Origin: Alphaproteobacteria bacterium | GTDB taxonomy: Bacteria > Pseudomonadota > Alphaproteobacteria > GCA-2731375 | Length of the DNA: 64,000 bases | Reading direction: 5' to 3' | NCBI GenBank assembly: GCA_965225945.1 | Contig: CBDDBZ010000039.1 | Location: 64,001 to 128,000, forward strand | In this document: positions 10,337 through 20,954 of the stretch, in pieces | How positions within the stretch are numbered: position 1 is the first letter of the stretch | Layout: each line of letters starts with the position of its first letter | Translations under genes and position numbers: made by a program | The notes under the pieces: model-generated | What the model was told of the DNA's origin: nothing | Seen by the model: the letters and a program-made list of their open reading frames with translations, nothing else | Databases searched by the model: none

Positions 10337-11977
10337 CTAGCCGGAGCGTGACTCGTCGGTGACGTAGCCGTCCTCGAGATCAAGCTGGAAGGACGCGGGA
10401 TCGCGCCTGGCCGGATCGCCGTAACCACCGCCGCCCGGCGTCGCCATACTGACCGTATCGCCGTGCTGCAGCACGTACTGGCGCTTGGGATCGACCTTGG
10501 CGCCGTTGATCCTGAGCTCACCGGTGGCGCCTTCCTCGCCGCCCTTGATCCCGAAGGCCGGAATGACGGTGCGTTCCGCCAGGAAGGAAACCGCGATCGG
10601 GCTTTCGGATCGGCTTTCGAAGAAGATCTCCTGGCCGAGCCCGCCGCGATGCTGGCCTGGTCCGCCGGAATCCGTGCGCAGACGCTTGTGTCGGAACCTG
10701 AGCGGCGCGATCTGCTCCGACAGCTCGATCGAGGTCGAGGACACATTGCTCGGCCAACTAAGGCAATTGGCGCCGTCGCGACGGTGACTGGCACCCATGC
10801 CGCCGTTGTAAAAGAACATGTTGGCGTATGGCTTGCCGGCTTCGTTCACGCCGGATTGATTCATCCCCCACATCGGCGAGCCGCAGGCCGCCATGACCCG
10901 TTCCGGCACCACCCCGCCAAGGCAGCCGAATACGAGGACCGGCAGATAATGACCGATCAGCATGCGCGAGCCGCCAGGGGCCGGGAACACCGGATTGACG
11001 ATGCAGCCGTCGGGCCCGTGGACGGTAATCGGTAGGAAGGCGCCTTCGTTGTTCGGCAGATTGGGGCTGGTACAGCACTTCACCCCATAGACGGTCAGCG
11101 CATAAGTGTAGCACATCGCCACGTTGATCGCCCGGTCGACCTGCGGATCGGTGCCGGTATAGTCGATGTCGATCGAGTCGCCGGCCACGGTCAGCGTCAT
11201 CTCCAGGCGAATGGGCTTGTCCATCACCCCGTCGGTGTCGAGCCCGCTGCGATAGACCCCGTCCGGCAGCTCGGCGATGGCGGCGCGCATGGCCCGCTCC
11301 GAGCGGCCCTGGATTTCGCTGGCCAGGGGCGTGAGATCCTCGAGCTGGTAGGCTCGCATCAGGGCCAGCAAGCGCTGTTCCATGAGATCCAGGGCCACCA
11401 CCTGGGCCCAAAGGTCACCCATCGTCTGGTCGGGGGTCCGCACGTTCTTGCGCAGGAGCTTGACCAGGCTCTCGTCGGTCCGGCCCGCCGCCTGAAATTT
11501 CATGATCGGGATCTGGAAGCCCTCTTCGAACACCTCGCGCGGCTCGGGCGAGCGGATCTTGCCGCCGATATCCGGCGCGTGCGCCGTACTCGCCGAGAAC
11601 CCGATCAGCCTGTCCTCGACGAAGATCGGCTTGGCCACGGTGATGTCGGGCAGATGCCCGGTGCCCTGAAAAATGTCGTTGGTGATCAGCACATCGCCGG
11701 ACGCCAGGGTCTCCGGCGGGTAGGCCTCGATGAAATGCTTGACCGTCGCCGGGAGGGTGCCGATGAAGGAGGGGATGCTGCGCGTCGCCTGCACCAGCGA
11801 TCGGCCCTCGGCGTCGGTGATGATGCAGGAAAAGTCGTGCGACTCACGCACCAGCGTCGAGAACGACGTACGGATCAGGGCCGCGGCGGCCTCGTCGACG
11901 GCACAGATCAGCCGCGTCCACAAGATTTTGAGCGTGACCGAATCGAACCGGGATCGCATGGCTATCATCGCATTCAC
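10337..11977 (-). CDS. Hydantoinase B / oxoprolinase family subunit
   Basis: RTSFS, ND..GTGHLPD, HAPDIGG, TPGGGGYG. Confidence 0.92.
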   Translation of the reverse strand: MNAMIAMRSRFDSVTLKILWTRLICAVDEAAAALIRTSFSTLVRESHDFSCIITDAEGRSLVQATRSIPSFIGTLPATVKHFIEAYPPETLASGDVLITNDIFQGTGHLPDITVAKPIFVEDRLIGFSASTAHAPDIGGKIRSPEPREVFEEGFQIPIMKFQAAGRTDESLVKLLRKNVRTPDQTMGDLWAQVVALDLMEQRLLALMRAYQLEDLTPLASEIQGRSERAMRAAIAELPDGVYRSGLDTDGVMDKPIRLEMTLTVAGDSIDIDYTGTDPQVDRAINVAMCYTYALTVYGVKCCTSPNLPNNEGAFLPITVHGPDGCIVNPVFPAPGGSRMLIGHYLPVLVFGCLGGVVPERVMAACGSPMWGMNQSGVNEAGKPYANMFFYNGGMGASHRRDGANCLSWPSNVSSTSIELSEQIAPLRFRHKRLRTDSGGPGQHRGGLGQEIFFESRSESPIAVSFLAERTVIPAFGIKGGEEGATGELRINGAKVDPKRQYVLQHGDTVSMATPGGGGYGDPARRDPASFQLDLEDGYVTDESRSG

Positions 11978-12154
11978 TCTACTTCCGCCGCTGGCGCCTC
12001 CCAGGGCAATCGCGTGAACGCGATTGCCCTGGATTCTTCTTGTTCCCTCACACGCCGGGCGCGCGCAATCGGGCGCTCGGGCGCTGCTCGCATGGGCTCG
12101 CGGGGCCTCAATGGCCCATTCGCGGCGGTCGACGCAGGTTCAAGGCCGTGTCCA

Positions 12155-14263
12155 TCACTTCTGGCGATTGCCCTGTGGCGCCTCCGAAGGCAGGGTGACG
12201 ACGATGCTGCCATCCGGCAGGATATGGCAGACCGCGCCCGGACCCACGATCAGCGTCGACTCGTTCTCCTCGAACACGGCCGGGCCCTCGACGACCGTCC
12301 CCGCCGGCATCAGGTAGCGATCGTAAATCGTGCTCTCGAGCATGCCGCCGGCTTCGGCGAAATAGACCTGACGGCTACCCTTGAAGGCGTCGCGCCCCGT
12401 GCCGGCGGGGCCCGCGAAGCCGATCTCGGCCAGGTCCACCGGCGCCGAGACCGAGACCCTGAGATTGATAATCTGAATGGCCACATCGGGCGGCGTGCGC
12501 GAGAACAGCTGGCGGTAGAGCGTCTCGAATGCCGCGGTGAGGGCGGGCTCGAAATCGGCGCCGTAAGGTCCCTCGGACAAGGGAACGGCGATCTCCGAGC
12601 CCTGGCCGACATACCGCATGTCGGCGAGCCGGCGCACGCCGAGCGCCGTAAGATCCGCGCCGGTGTCGGCCAGCACGGCCCGCGCATCCGCTTCGAGCTT
12701 TTGGTAGAGCGCTTCGAAAGCTGGCCAGTCGAGCGCATCGAGCCGCTGCACCATGGAGGCGACGCGGTCGATACGAGCCGGCGCCATCAAGAGCCCGATG
12801 GTAGAGCCGACGCCCGCCGCCGGCGGGCAGACCAGCGTGCGCAGGTTCAGCTTGGCCGCGACGTGATAGGCGTGCACCGGTCCGGCGCCACCGGTCGCCA
12901 GCATGGCATGGCCGCGCGGCTCACGGCCGCGTTCGGTGATGTGCACGCGGGCGGCACTCGCCATGTTCTCGTTGACCACGTCGTGCACACCCCAGGCTGT
13001 CTCGAGCGGCGTGAGACCGGTCGCGGCGCTGAGATTTTCGATGGCGCGCTCGGCCGCGCCCTGGTCGATCGTCATGCCGCCGCCGAGAAAGAAATCGGCG
13101 TTGAGATAGCCCAACAGCAGGTCGGCGTCGGTTACCGTCGGGGCGCCACCGCCGCGGCCATAGCAGGCAGGGCCCGGCTCGGCCCCGGAGCTTTCGGGTC
13201 CGACCTTGAGCAGACCGAGTTCGTCGACATAGGCAATCGAGCCGCCGCCGGCACCGATCTCAATCAACTCGATGCTGGAAATCTTGATCGGTAAGCCGCT
13301 GCCTTCCATGAAACGCTTGGCGCGTGCCGCTTCGAAATTGTAGGCGATCAGCGGCTCACCACCATCGACGAGACTGAGCTTGGCGGTGGTCCCGCCCATG
13401 TCGAAGGCGAGCAACTCATCTTCACCGATTTTGCGGCCGAAATAGGCGGCGGCAAGAGCGCCGGCGGCCGGCCCCGATTCGAGCAGGTGGACCGGGCTGC
13501 GCTTGGCTTCCTCGATATGAGTGAGGCCGCCATTGGACAGCATCAGAAAGAATTGGCTTTCGATGCCGAGCCCGTGGATTTCGCCGGCAAGTCGGTCGAG
13601 GTAGCTGCGCGCCAGAGGTTTGACATAGGCGTTCGCGACGGCGGTCGAGGCGCGCTCATACTCGCGGATCTCGGGCGCGACGTCACAGGACGCCGTGAGC
13701 AGGAGATCGGGGTATCTAGCCGCGATGCTCTCGAGCGCCGCGTGTTCGTGAATCGGATTGGCGTAGGCATGCAGGAACACGACGGCGATCGAGGTCACGC
13801 CATTCGCAACCAGATCGTCGACCTCGCGCATTAGCGCTACCCGGTCGAGTGCAACCTCTATGTCACCGGCCGGCGCCATACGTTCCGGCACCTCGCGGCG
13901 CAGTCGCCGCGGTACCAGCGGAGTCGGTGTCTCTATGAAAATGTCGTAGAGTTCGTATTTGCGCTCCCGCTGGATCTCGAGCACGTCGCGAAAGCCGTCT
14001 GTCGTGATCAACGCCGTCTTCGCGCCTTTGCGCTCGATCATCGCGTTGGTGAAGAGTGTGGTCGCGTGCACGATGCGGCCAATGGTTCGAGGTTCGATCG
14101 ATTCGCGTGCCAACAGGGACTTGATGCCGACGATCACACCGCGTGCGGGGTCGTCGGGCGTGGTCGATTCCTTAGCGATGAAGATCCGTCCCAACGCCGG
14201 ATCGTGGACGACGAGGTCCGTGAAGGTACCGCCGATGTCGATGCCTAACGAAAGAGCGGTCAA
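12155..14263 (-). CDS. Hydantoinase A / oxoprolinase family subunit
   Basis: IDIGGTFTD, ESGPAAG, DMGGTT, GAGGGS; TTG start after a GGAG RBS. Confidence 0.92.
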   Translation of the reverse strand: MTALSLGIDIGGTFTDLVVHDPALGRIFIAKESTTPDDPARGVIVGIKSLLARESIEPRTIGRIVHATTLFTNAMIERKGAKTALITTDGFRDVLEIQRERKYELYDIFIETPTPLVPRRLRREVPERMAPAGDIEVALDRVALMREVDDLVANGVTSIAVVFLHAYANPIHEHAALESIAARYPDLLLTASCDVAPEIREYERASTAVANAYVKPLARSYLDRLAGEIHGLGIESQFFLMLSNGGLTHIEEAKRSPVHLLESGPAAGALAAAYFGRKIGEDELLAFDMGGTTAKLSLVDGGEPLIAYNFEAARAKRFMEGSGLPIKISSIELIEIGAGGGSIAYVDELGLLKVGPESSGAEPGPACYGRGGGAPTVTDADLLLGYLNADFFLGGGMTIDQGAAERAIENLSAATGLTPLETAWGVHDVVNENMASAARVHITERGREPRGHAMLATGGAGPVHAYHVAAKLNLRTLVCPPAAGVGSTIGLLMAPARIDRVASMVQRLDALDWPAFEALYQKLEADARAVLADTGADLTALGVRRLADMRYVGQGSEIAVPLSEGPYGADFEPALTAAFETLYRQLFSRTPPDVAIQIINLRVSVSAPVDLAEIGFAGPAGTGRDAFKGSRQVYFAEAGGMLESTIYDRYLMPAGTVVEGPAVFEENESTLIVGPGAVCHILPDGSIVVTLPSEAPQGNRQK

Positions 14264-14308
14264 ATACCTGTCTCCACGACGGATCAAAACTCGATTGCGC
14301 CAGCAAAG

Positions 14309-14363
14309 CCGTGGTTCCTGAAAACCTCGTCTGTCGCGGAAGTCCTGGCCTTTCTAGCCTCGG
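14309..14363. repeat. Dispersed repeat, also present at 30086-30190
   Basis: CCGTGGTTCCTGAAAACCTCGTCTGTCGCGGAAGTCCTGGC..GCCTCGG is near-identical to ~30135-30189. Confidence 0.8.
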
Positions 14364-14763
14364 ACGCCTCCTCCTCGGCTCAGTGACCCCGGTCACTATA
14401 GGGCGCGCGGGCGGCCGCGGCCAGGTTGGGCAGATAGGCTGCCGCGCTGGCGCCCTCGAGCGCCTCCTCGACGACCTCGCGACCTGGCGTGCCGGGATCG
14501 AAGGTCAGGACCAAGGTTTCCGCCGCCATGCCCACCTCGCTCGAAAGGACTCGCGACGCGCCGCGAGCGGCCCCTGCCGTTTCGAATTCGCAAAGCTCGA
14601 AGCTTTGAAGCCTGCCAAGAGAACCATCGGGCAATCCGCGACCGCTTTCCAATCCGCCGCGACGGCGCGATACTCGACCCGACGACGTCAACGACAGAGT
14701 GCGGGTCTCGGGTCGGCGAGGCTGCGCTTGACAAGGGTCCGGGACGCCACGGGAGGGTGGGAC

Positions 14764-15747
14764 ATGATGCTAACGCAAGAGATCGCCAAAAAGATGTACC
14801 TCGATATGTGGCGGATTCGCCTGTTCGAAGAGGAAGCCAACCGCCAGACCTCTCTGGGCTCGGTGCAGGGCGCGCTGCACATGTACTGCGGCGAGGAGGG
14901 CGTGGCGGTCGGCGTCTGCAGCCAGCTCAGGGACGACGACTACATCACCGGCACCCATCGCAGCCACGGCCACTGCCTGGCCAAGGGGACCTCGATGGAC
15001 GCCATGATGGCCGAGCTCTTCGGCAAGGCAACGGGCAGTTGCTCGGGCAAGGGCGGCTCGATGCACATCGCCGACCTCTCGCTCAACATCCTCGGCGCCA
15101 ACGGCATCGTCGCCGGCGGCCTGGGCCCGGCAACCGGCGCCGGACTCGCCAGCAAGATCCGCGGCACCGATCAGGTCTCGGTCTGTTTCTTCGGCGATGG
15201 TGCCGCCGCCCGCGGCCCCTTCCACGAGGCCATTTTGATGGGCTCGCTCTGGAAGCTGCCGGTGCTCTATGTCTGCGAGAACAATCAGTACCAGCAATGG
15301 GTGCCGCGCAAGAATGTCGCCGTCGTCGACTCGGTGGCCGACATGGCGCCTTCCTATTCGATCCCCGGCGTATCGGTCGACGGGCAGAACATCATCGAAG
15401 TCTACGAGGCCGCTGGCGAGGCCATCGAGCGGGCCCGTCGTGGCGACGGCCCGACCCTGATCGAGGCCCGGACCTACCGCTTTTTCGGCCACAGCCTCGG
15501 CGACCGCGAGGAATACCGCAGCCGCGAGGAAGTCGAGGACTGGCGCGAGAACCGCGACCCGATCAAGCTGTTCCGCGCCCATATGGCGGAGCGCCAATGG
15601 CTCGGCGAGAGGGAAGCGGAGGAGATCGAGGCGGCGGCCAAGGCGGAGGTCACGGCTTCCGTCGGCTTTGCCGAGGAGAGCCCCTATCCCACTCCGGACG
15701 CGGCACTGACCGACGTCCTAGCGAGCACCGAGGGAGCCCGGCCATGA
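14764..15747 (+). CDS. TPP-dependent pyruvate/acetoin dehydrogenase E1 alpha
   Basis: THRSHGH, GKGGSMH, FFGDGA..ENN TPP motif. Confidence 0.92.
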   Translation: MMLTQEIAKKMYLDMWRIRLFEEEANRQTSLGSVQGALHMYCGEEGVAVGVCSQLRDDDYITGTHRSHGHCLAKGTSMDAMMAELFGKATGSCSGKGGSMHIADLSLNILGANGIVAGGLGPATGAGLASKIRGTDQVSVCFFGDGAAARGPFHEAILMGSLWKLPVLYVCENNQYQQWVPRKNVAVVDSVADMAPSYSIPGVSVDGQNIIEVYEAAGEAIERARRGDGPTLIEARTYRFFGHSLGDREEYRSREEVEDWRENRDPIKLFRAHMAERQWLGEREAEEIEAAAKAEVTASVGFAEESPYPTPDAALTDVLASTEGARP

Positions 15748-16715
15748 GGACGATCAGCTTCCGCGACGCGTTGCGCGAGGCCCTGCACGAGGAGATGGCG
15801 CGCGACGACGAGGTCTTCGTCATCGGCGAGGACGTAATCATGCATGGCGGCCCCTACGCCGTTACCGAAGGGATCAACGAGCGCTTCCCCGGCCGCATCT
15901 TCGAGACCCCGATCGCTGAAGCCGGCATTGTCGGCATCGGCGTCGGCGCGGCGATGGCCGGGATGCGGCCGGTGGTCGAGCTGATGTATCTCGACTTCGT
16001 CACCTGCGCCATGGACGAGGTGGTCAACCAGGCCGCCAAGATGCGCTACATGACCGGCGGCCAGGCCAGCGTGCCGCTCACCATTCGGCTGCCCTGCGGC
16101 CACGGCCGCCTGCTGGCTGCGCAGCATTCGCAGATCATGGAGTCCTGGTTCATGCACGTCCCCGGCCTGCAGGTCGTGGTGCCGACGACGCCCAGGGACG
16201 TCAAGGGCCTGTTCAAGTCGGCCGTGCGCTCCCCCGACCCGGTCCTGTTCTTCGAATACAAGCGCATCTACACCGTCGAGGGCGAAGTGCCGGAGGACGA
16301 CTACACCATTCCTTTCGGCCAGGCCGATATCAAGCGCGAGGGCGAGGACGTCACCGTCGTCGCCATCGGCCCGATGGTGCACAAGGCGCTCGAGGCCGGG
16401 ATCCTGCTCGAGGACGACGGCTACGACATCGAGGTGGTCGATCCCAGGACGCTGTCGCCGCTCGACACGGCGACGATCTGCGAGTCCGTCAGTCGCACCG
16501 GCCGCGTTGTCATCTGCGAAGAGGATTCGAGCTTCGCCGGCAGCGGCGCCGAGATCGCCGCCATGATCGCCGACAAGTGCTTCTCGGACCTGAAGGCGCC
16601 GGTCAAGCGGGTCGGCCTGCCGCACGTGCCGATGCCGTTCAGCGCCGGCCTCGTCGAGCATGTCATCCCGGACGTGCCACAGATCGTCGCGGCGGTGCGC
16701 GGCGTCATGGCTTAG
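15744..16715 (+). CDS. Pyruvate/acetoin dehydrogenase E1 beta
   Basis: GEDV, TPIAE, GMRPVVE, AQHSQ; ATGA overlap with E1 alpha. Confidence 0.92.
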   Translation: MRTISFRDALREALHEEMARDDEVFVIGEDVIMHGGPYAVTEGINERFPGRIFETPIAEAGIVGIGVGAAMAGMRPVVELMYLDFVTCAMDEVVNQAAKMRYMTGGQASVPLTIRLPCGHGRLLAAQHSQIMESWFMHVPGLQVVVPTTPRDVKGLFKSAVRSPDPVLFFEYKRIYTVEGEVPEDDYTIPFGQADIKREGEDVTVVAIGPMVHKALEAGILLEDDGYDIEVVDPRTLSPLDTATICESVSRTGRVVICEEDSSFAGSGAEIAAMIADKCFSDLKAPVKRVGLPHVPMPFSAGLVEHVIPDVPQIVAAVRGVMA

Positions 16716-16732
16716 GGCCCGGGAGACGATAG

Positions 16733-17878
16733 ATGGCAGTGCAGTTTCGTCTGGCCGCGCTGGGCCACACCATGGAGAAGGGCCGGATCGTCGAGTGGTT
16801 CGTGGCCGAAGGCGCCACGGTGAAGGAGGGCGAGCCGCTCCTGGCGGTGGAAACCGACAAGGCCACGGTCGACGTCGATTCGCCGGTCGAGGGCGTGATC
16901 TTGCGCCTCGTCGGCGAGGTCGACGTGGAATACCCCGTCGGCACCACGCTGGCCTGGATCGGCGACGCCGGCGAGGAGATCCCGGACGCGCCGGAGGCAC
17001 CGGCGCCCGCGCCGGCGAGCGCCCCGGCCAACCGCGTGACGCCGGTCGCCCGCCGCCTGGCCGAACGCCACGGCATCGACGCCGACGGGCTCCAGGGCAC
17101 CGGACCCGACGGTCGGGTCACCAAGGAGGACGTGCAGCGCGCCATCGAATCCGGCGCGCCGGCGGTCGCGAACGACACGAGCGGGGACGGCATCGCGCGC
17201 GCGCCCCTGACCGGCATCCGTCGCACCGCGGCGGAGCGGCTCTCCGCCAGTTGGCGCGAGACGCCGCAGGTGACCGAGGGGATCGAGGTCGACTTCACCG
17301 ACTGCCTGGCGCTCAGAGCCGAGAAGATGCCGGTATGGCGCGAAGCCTACGGCGTCGAGCCGACCATCAACGATGTCGTCCTGCAGGCCGCGACCGAGGC
17401 GCTCAAGGCCCACATGGCGCTCAACGCCGCCTATGTCGACGGCGCCATAGTGCAATATCCGGAGATCAACCTGGGGGTCGCCGTCGAGGTCGAGGACGGC
17501 CTGATCGTGCCGGTGATCCATGGCGCCGGCGAGATCAACATCGGCGAGCTCGCCGAGGCCGTCATCGGCATTGCCGAGCGCGCCCGCGCGGGCAAGCTCG
17601 GACTGGCCGAACTCGAAGGCGGCACCTTTACGGTCACCAACCTCGGCGGCCTCGGCATCGACTGGTTCACACCGGTCTTGAACCCGCCCCAGTGCGCCAT
17701 TCTGGGCATCGGACGGGTGCGCCGGGTACCGGCGGTGGTCGACGATGGGATCGCCGTGCGCGAGCATGCCAATCTGGTGCTGACCTTCGACCACCGCGTC
17801 GTCGATGGTGCCCCTTGCGCGCGCTATCTCGCTCACCTGAAGGCGCTGATCGAGAGCCCGGCGGCCTGGCTGGCCTAG
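16733..17878 (+). CDS. Dihydrolipoamide acyltransferase E2
   Basis: Lipoyl domain ETDKA, E3-binding GTGPDGRV, catalytic DHRVVDG. Confidence 0.93.
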   Translation: MAVQFRLAALGHTMEKGRIVEWFVAEGATVKEGEPLLAVETDKATVDVDSPVEGVILRLVGEVDVEYPVGTTLAWIGDAGEEIPDAPEAPAPAPASAPANRVTPVARRLAERHGIDADGLQGTGPDGRVTKEDVQRAIESGAPAVANDTSGDGIARAPLTGIRRTAAERLSASWRETPQVTEGIEVDFTDCLALRAEKMPVWREAYGVEPTINDVVLQAATEALKAHMALNAAYVDGAIVQYPEINLGVAVEVEDGLIVPVIHGAGEINIGELAEAVIGIAERARAGKLGLAELEGGTFTVTNLGGLGIDWFTPVLNPPQCAILGIGRVRRVPAVVDDGIAVREHANLVLTFDHRVVDGAPCARYLAHLKALIESPAAWLA

Positions 17879-17912
17879 CCGGACGAGACGCAGGTCCGCC
17901 ATTGGATCCGCC

Positions 17913-18098
17913 ATGATCGCGATTTCCGGTCATTGCCTGGCGTCGTTCGAGCCGGTCCGCGACGCCTTGGCCGCCATTCTGCGTGACGCCTATGTGATCG
18001 GCGAGGCCGTTGCCGTCAGGGTCGATGGTGAGTTGGTGATCTGTCACGACCCTGAACTCTGGGACAACTGGAAACCCTCCCCACATTTCTACGCCTGA
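17913..18098 (+). pseudogene. N-terminal fragment of a beta-lactamase-family serine hydrolase
   Basis: ISGHCLASFEPVRDA..AVAVRVDGELV resembles EstA-type N-termini, then breaks into unrelated sequence. Confidence 0.45.
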
Positions 18099-18183
18099 AC
18101 AGTGCCGGACTTATTCATTTGCCATCGCTTCGAATACACGCCAAAGCTTAACGCCGTGTATTTCCAGGGAGAGCAATCCCTTT

Positions 18184-19208
18184 GGCTCAATTCGTGAATT
18201 GTATGCATTAGTGATAGAGTGCCTGGAACGTCAGGAGGTTGGGTTATGGACGGCAAGGGTTTCCAGGTGTGGCTTTCGGCGGCGCGCGGGCTGACGCGCG
18301 CGCAGCGGCGCGAGGCGCTCGCGGTGCTGTCGGGCCGGAGCGAGGGCGAGGCATCGAAGGCCGCGATCGAGCTTGGTGTGGACGAGGCCCGGCGCTGTCC
18401 GCACTGCGCGAGCGAAGGGGCGGTTTCGCGCGGTATGGCGCGGGGTCTGCGGCGCTACCAGTGCAAGGGCTGCGGCAGGACCTTCAACGCGCTGAGCGGT
18501 ACGCCGCTGTCGGGCTTGCACCACAAGGAACGCTGGCTGTCGTTCGGGGCGTCGCTGGCGAAGGGGGAGACGGTGAAGGCGTCGGCGGCGCGCTGCGACG
18601 TGGCGGTGAGCACGGCGTTCCGCTGGCGTCACCGGTTTCTGGCGGCGGCGCGGAGCGATTCGGAGGTGCTCAAGGGGATCGTGGAAGCGGACGAGACCTA
18701 CGTCCTGGAGAGCCGGAAGGGCGCGCGCGGGCTGGGGCGCAAGGCACGGCGGCGGGGCGGCAAGGCGAAGAAGCGCGGCCTCTCGCGCGAGCAGGTACCG
18801 GTTCTCATGGCGGCGGACCGGAGCGGAACGACGGTCAGCGCGGTGCTGCCCAGGGTCGATGCGGCGGCGCTCACGGCTGCCCTCGACCCGGTGGTCGCGA
18901 AGGACGCCCTGCTGGTCTCCGACGGCGGCGCGAGCTACCCACCGTGCGCCGCCGCGCTCGGGGTGAGCCACGAAGCACTCAACCGCTCGATGGGGGAACG
19001 GGTTCGGGGCGATCTGCATGTGCAGACGGTGAACAGCCGCCACAGCCGGTTGAAGGACTTCCTGCGTCCCCGCCGCGGCATCGCCACCCGCTATCTGGAC
19101 AACTACCTGAGCTGGTTCCACCTCGTCGGCCTCGCCCCCGGCGCCAATGACCGAGCCTGCCTCGCCGCCGCCGTAACAAGGTGACGCATACAATTCACGA
19201 ATTGAGCC
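18184..19208 (+). mobile_element. IS1595-family element
   Basis: IRs GGCTCAATTCGTGAATTGTATGC; 8-bp TSD ATCCCTTT at 18176-83 and 19209-16. Confidence 0.95.
18246..19184 (+). CDS. IS1595 (ISXO2-like) transposase
   Basis: CPHC..CKGC zinc ribbon, EADETY, VSDG, HVQTVN, GIATRYL. Confidence 0.93.
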   Translation: MDGKGFQVWLSAARGLTRAQRREALAVLSGRSEGEASKAAIELGVDEARRCPHCASEGAVSRGMARGLRRYQCKGCGRTFNALSGTPLSGLHHKERWLSFGASLAKGETVKASAARCDVAVSTAFRWRHRFLAAARSDSEVLKGIVEADETYVLESRKGARGLGRKARRRGGKAKKRGLSREQVPVLMAADRSGTTVSAVLPRVDAAALTAALDPVVAKDALLVSDGGASYPPCAAALGVSHEALNRSMGERVRGDLHVQTVNSRHSRLKDFLRPRRGIATRYLDNYLSWFHLVGLAPGANDRACLAAAVTR

Positions 19209-19617
19209 ATCCCTTTTGCACCATCGGCAGCGTCCCGAGCCTCTCTTTGACCTCGTTCTCGCTGGTGGCCTCAACCACAATGACGCCACCTGTGCCGTCC
19301 GTGCGGTTGTAAATTTCTCTGATAAAATCCTCAGCCATTAGCTTGAGCGCCTGCTTCCCTTCTGATTCCAACAGGTCATCCGTTAGCTGAGGACGAGTTT
19401 GGGCTACGCGTCGCTATCACGAAGAATCTCATCAACTCTCTCCTTTCGAAGGGCGACACTGAGGCAAAATCACGCCATCTTCCGACCGACGTTACCCGAC
19501 TACGTCAGCGGCCACGACCGCTACCCATCGCCGTTGTATCCTTTCCGACACGACAAGAGTGTAGCGGTGCCCCCGAGCCCTCGGAACAGCAGATCGGACG
19601 GAATATGCCGATGCATT

Positions 19618-19652
19618 AGAGGTCAGGGGTTCGATTCCCCTCGGCTCCACCA
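19618..19652 (+). other. 3' fragment of tRNA-Ala (putative att-site duplication)
   Basis: AGAGGTCAGGGGTTCGATTCCCCTCGGCTCCACCA is a T-arm plus Ala acceptor 3' strand and CCA; no 5' half upstream. Confidence 0.8.
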
Positions 19653-20954
19653 CCCCCGCCGCAGCGAACGCGGGTTGTTTGGCGTCTCCGGAAATTCCCA
19701 CGATAATTCAGCAGGTTGCGCCGTATGAGTGCGCCAAATTGAGGCAGAGAGACCTCAGTGACGGCCGAATATCGACCGAAACTGAAGACCGTCTCCGCCG
19801 GCCGACTTTCATGACCCCAGTTTTGCGTGATGGTCGACGCCAAGCGGTCAATCGAAGCCCAGCAGACGGCGCTGGTCGCCCCACATTGGCGGCAATGAAA
19901 CTAGACGCTTGAGCCTGGATACATTCAGCTCGATGGGCTGGCAGCCGACCAAGATCGCGGAGACGATATCGGGCGCCCGATAGGCCAGCGCCAAAATCTT
20001 CCCGACGTCGCCGCGATCGGCGCCATGATGTCGTGCGAGGTTCGTGACGGAGTTGGCCTTGCCGGACATCAGCTCATCCCTCCAGAGACGCGCCGTTGCC
20101 AGGAGGGAGACCATCTCGGCATCGGGAGGAGCCGACTCCATACTCTCGCCGGTGAGTATGACCTTCGCCTCGACACCGCGCCGACGGACCTGGGTCGAGA
20201 CCGTCATCTCGGCCGTAACGGGATGCAGTTCAATGCTTTCGTCCAACGCATTGCCAAGCAACCGCTTGGCCAATGCCTGACGGTCGACGATGATCTCGAG
20301 GGCATCGGTATCGACACCGACACGCCGGACCCAGGCGATTTCTCGATGCAGCCCTGGCTCGCGATCGCCCATGGCCAATCGATCCGCCAGGGCCACCGCC
20401 GCACCGGCCATCGATTTCAGGTCGACGGTGCCGAGGCTTTCGAGATCCAGCGTCTTCATCACCCGTATGGGATCGCGCAGGAACTCGGCCAGGCCGCGAA
20501 GAATGGCAGCTTCGATGGTCTCGGCTCGTAGTCGCCAAAGATCTTCGTTCGGCACAGGCGCGTCGTCGGATTGCCGCGACACATAGTATCGATATCGCCG
20601 ATCTCCCTTTTGGGCATGCGTCGGAGACATCAGCCTCCCTCGAGGATCGAACAAGCGCCCCTTGAAGAGATGCCGAGAGGGTTGATTTCTCGCGTGGTGC
20701 CGCCGCGCCGAGTTGCCGCGGAACTGTTCCTGCGCCGCCTCCCAGGTGGCCCGATCAACGATGGCCTCATGCAGGCCCGGGTAGATTTCCCTCTTGTGCC
20801 GGATCTCTCCGACGTAGATCGGGTTCTGCAGCAGCTTATGGTGTTAGCGGTGGTTCCAGGGTGCGCTTATATGGTGCTCTTTTTGAGCGGTCGGTGGCGG
20901 TTGGCTGACGGGATGCTTTTGGGCTTGGCTGATTTTGTTTCGCGCTGTGGCTAT

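Larger units (their letters stand above)
18111..19432 (-). pseudogene. Small muconolactone-isomerase/YCII-like protein, split by IS1595 and frameshifted
   Basis: Removing the IS gives ..FIREIYNRTDGTGGVIVVEATSENEVKERLGTLPMVQKG|LLSLEIHGVKLWRVFEAMANE*; the RBS+ATG at 19432 is out of frame. Confidence 0.6.

Noticed and set aside
11579-13294. Long antisense ORFs (also 61927-63756, 38015-39679, 52331-53866)
   Set aside because: Shadow frames opposite well-supported genes in high-GC DNA, with no motifs
19580-19652. Intact tRNA or tmRNA gene
   Set aside because: Only the T-arm and 3' acceptor strand are present, with no complementary 5' acceptor strand or D-arm
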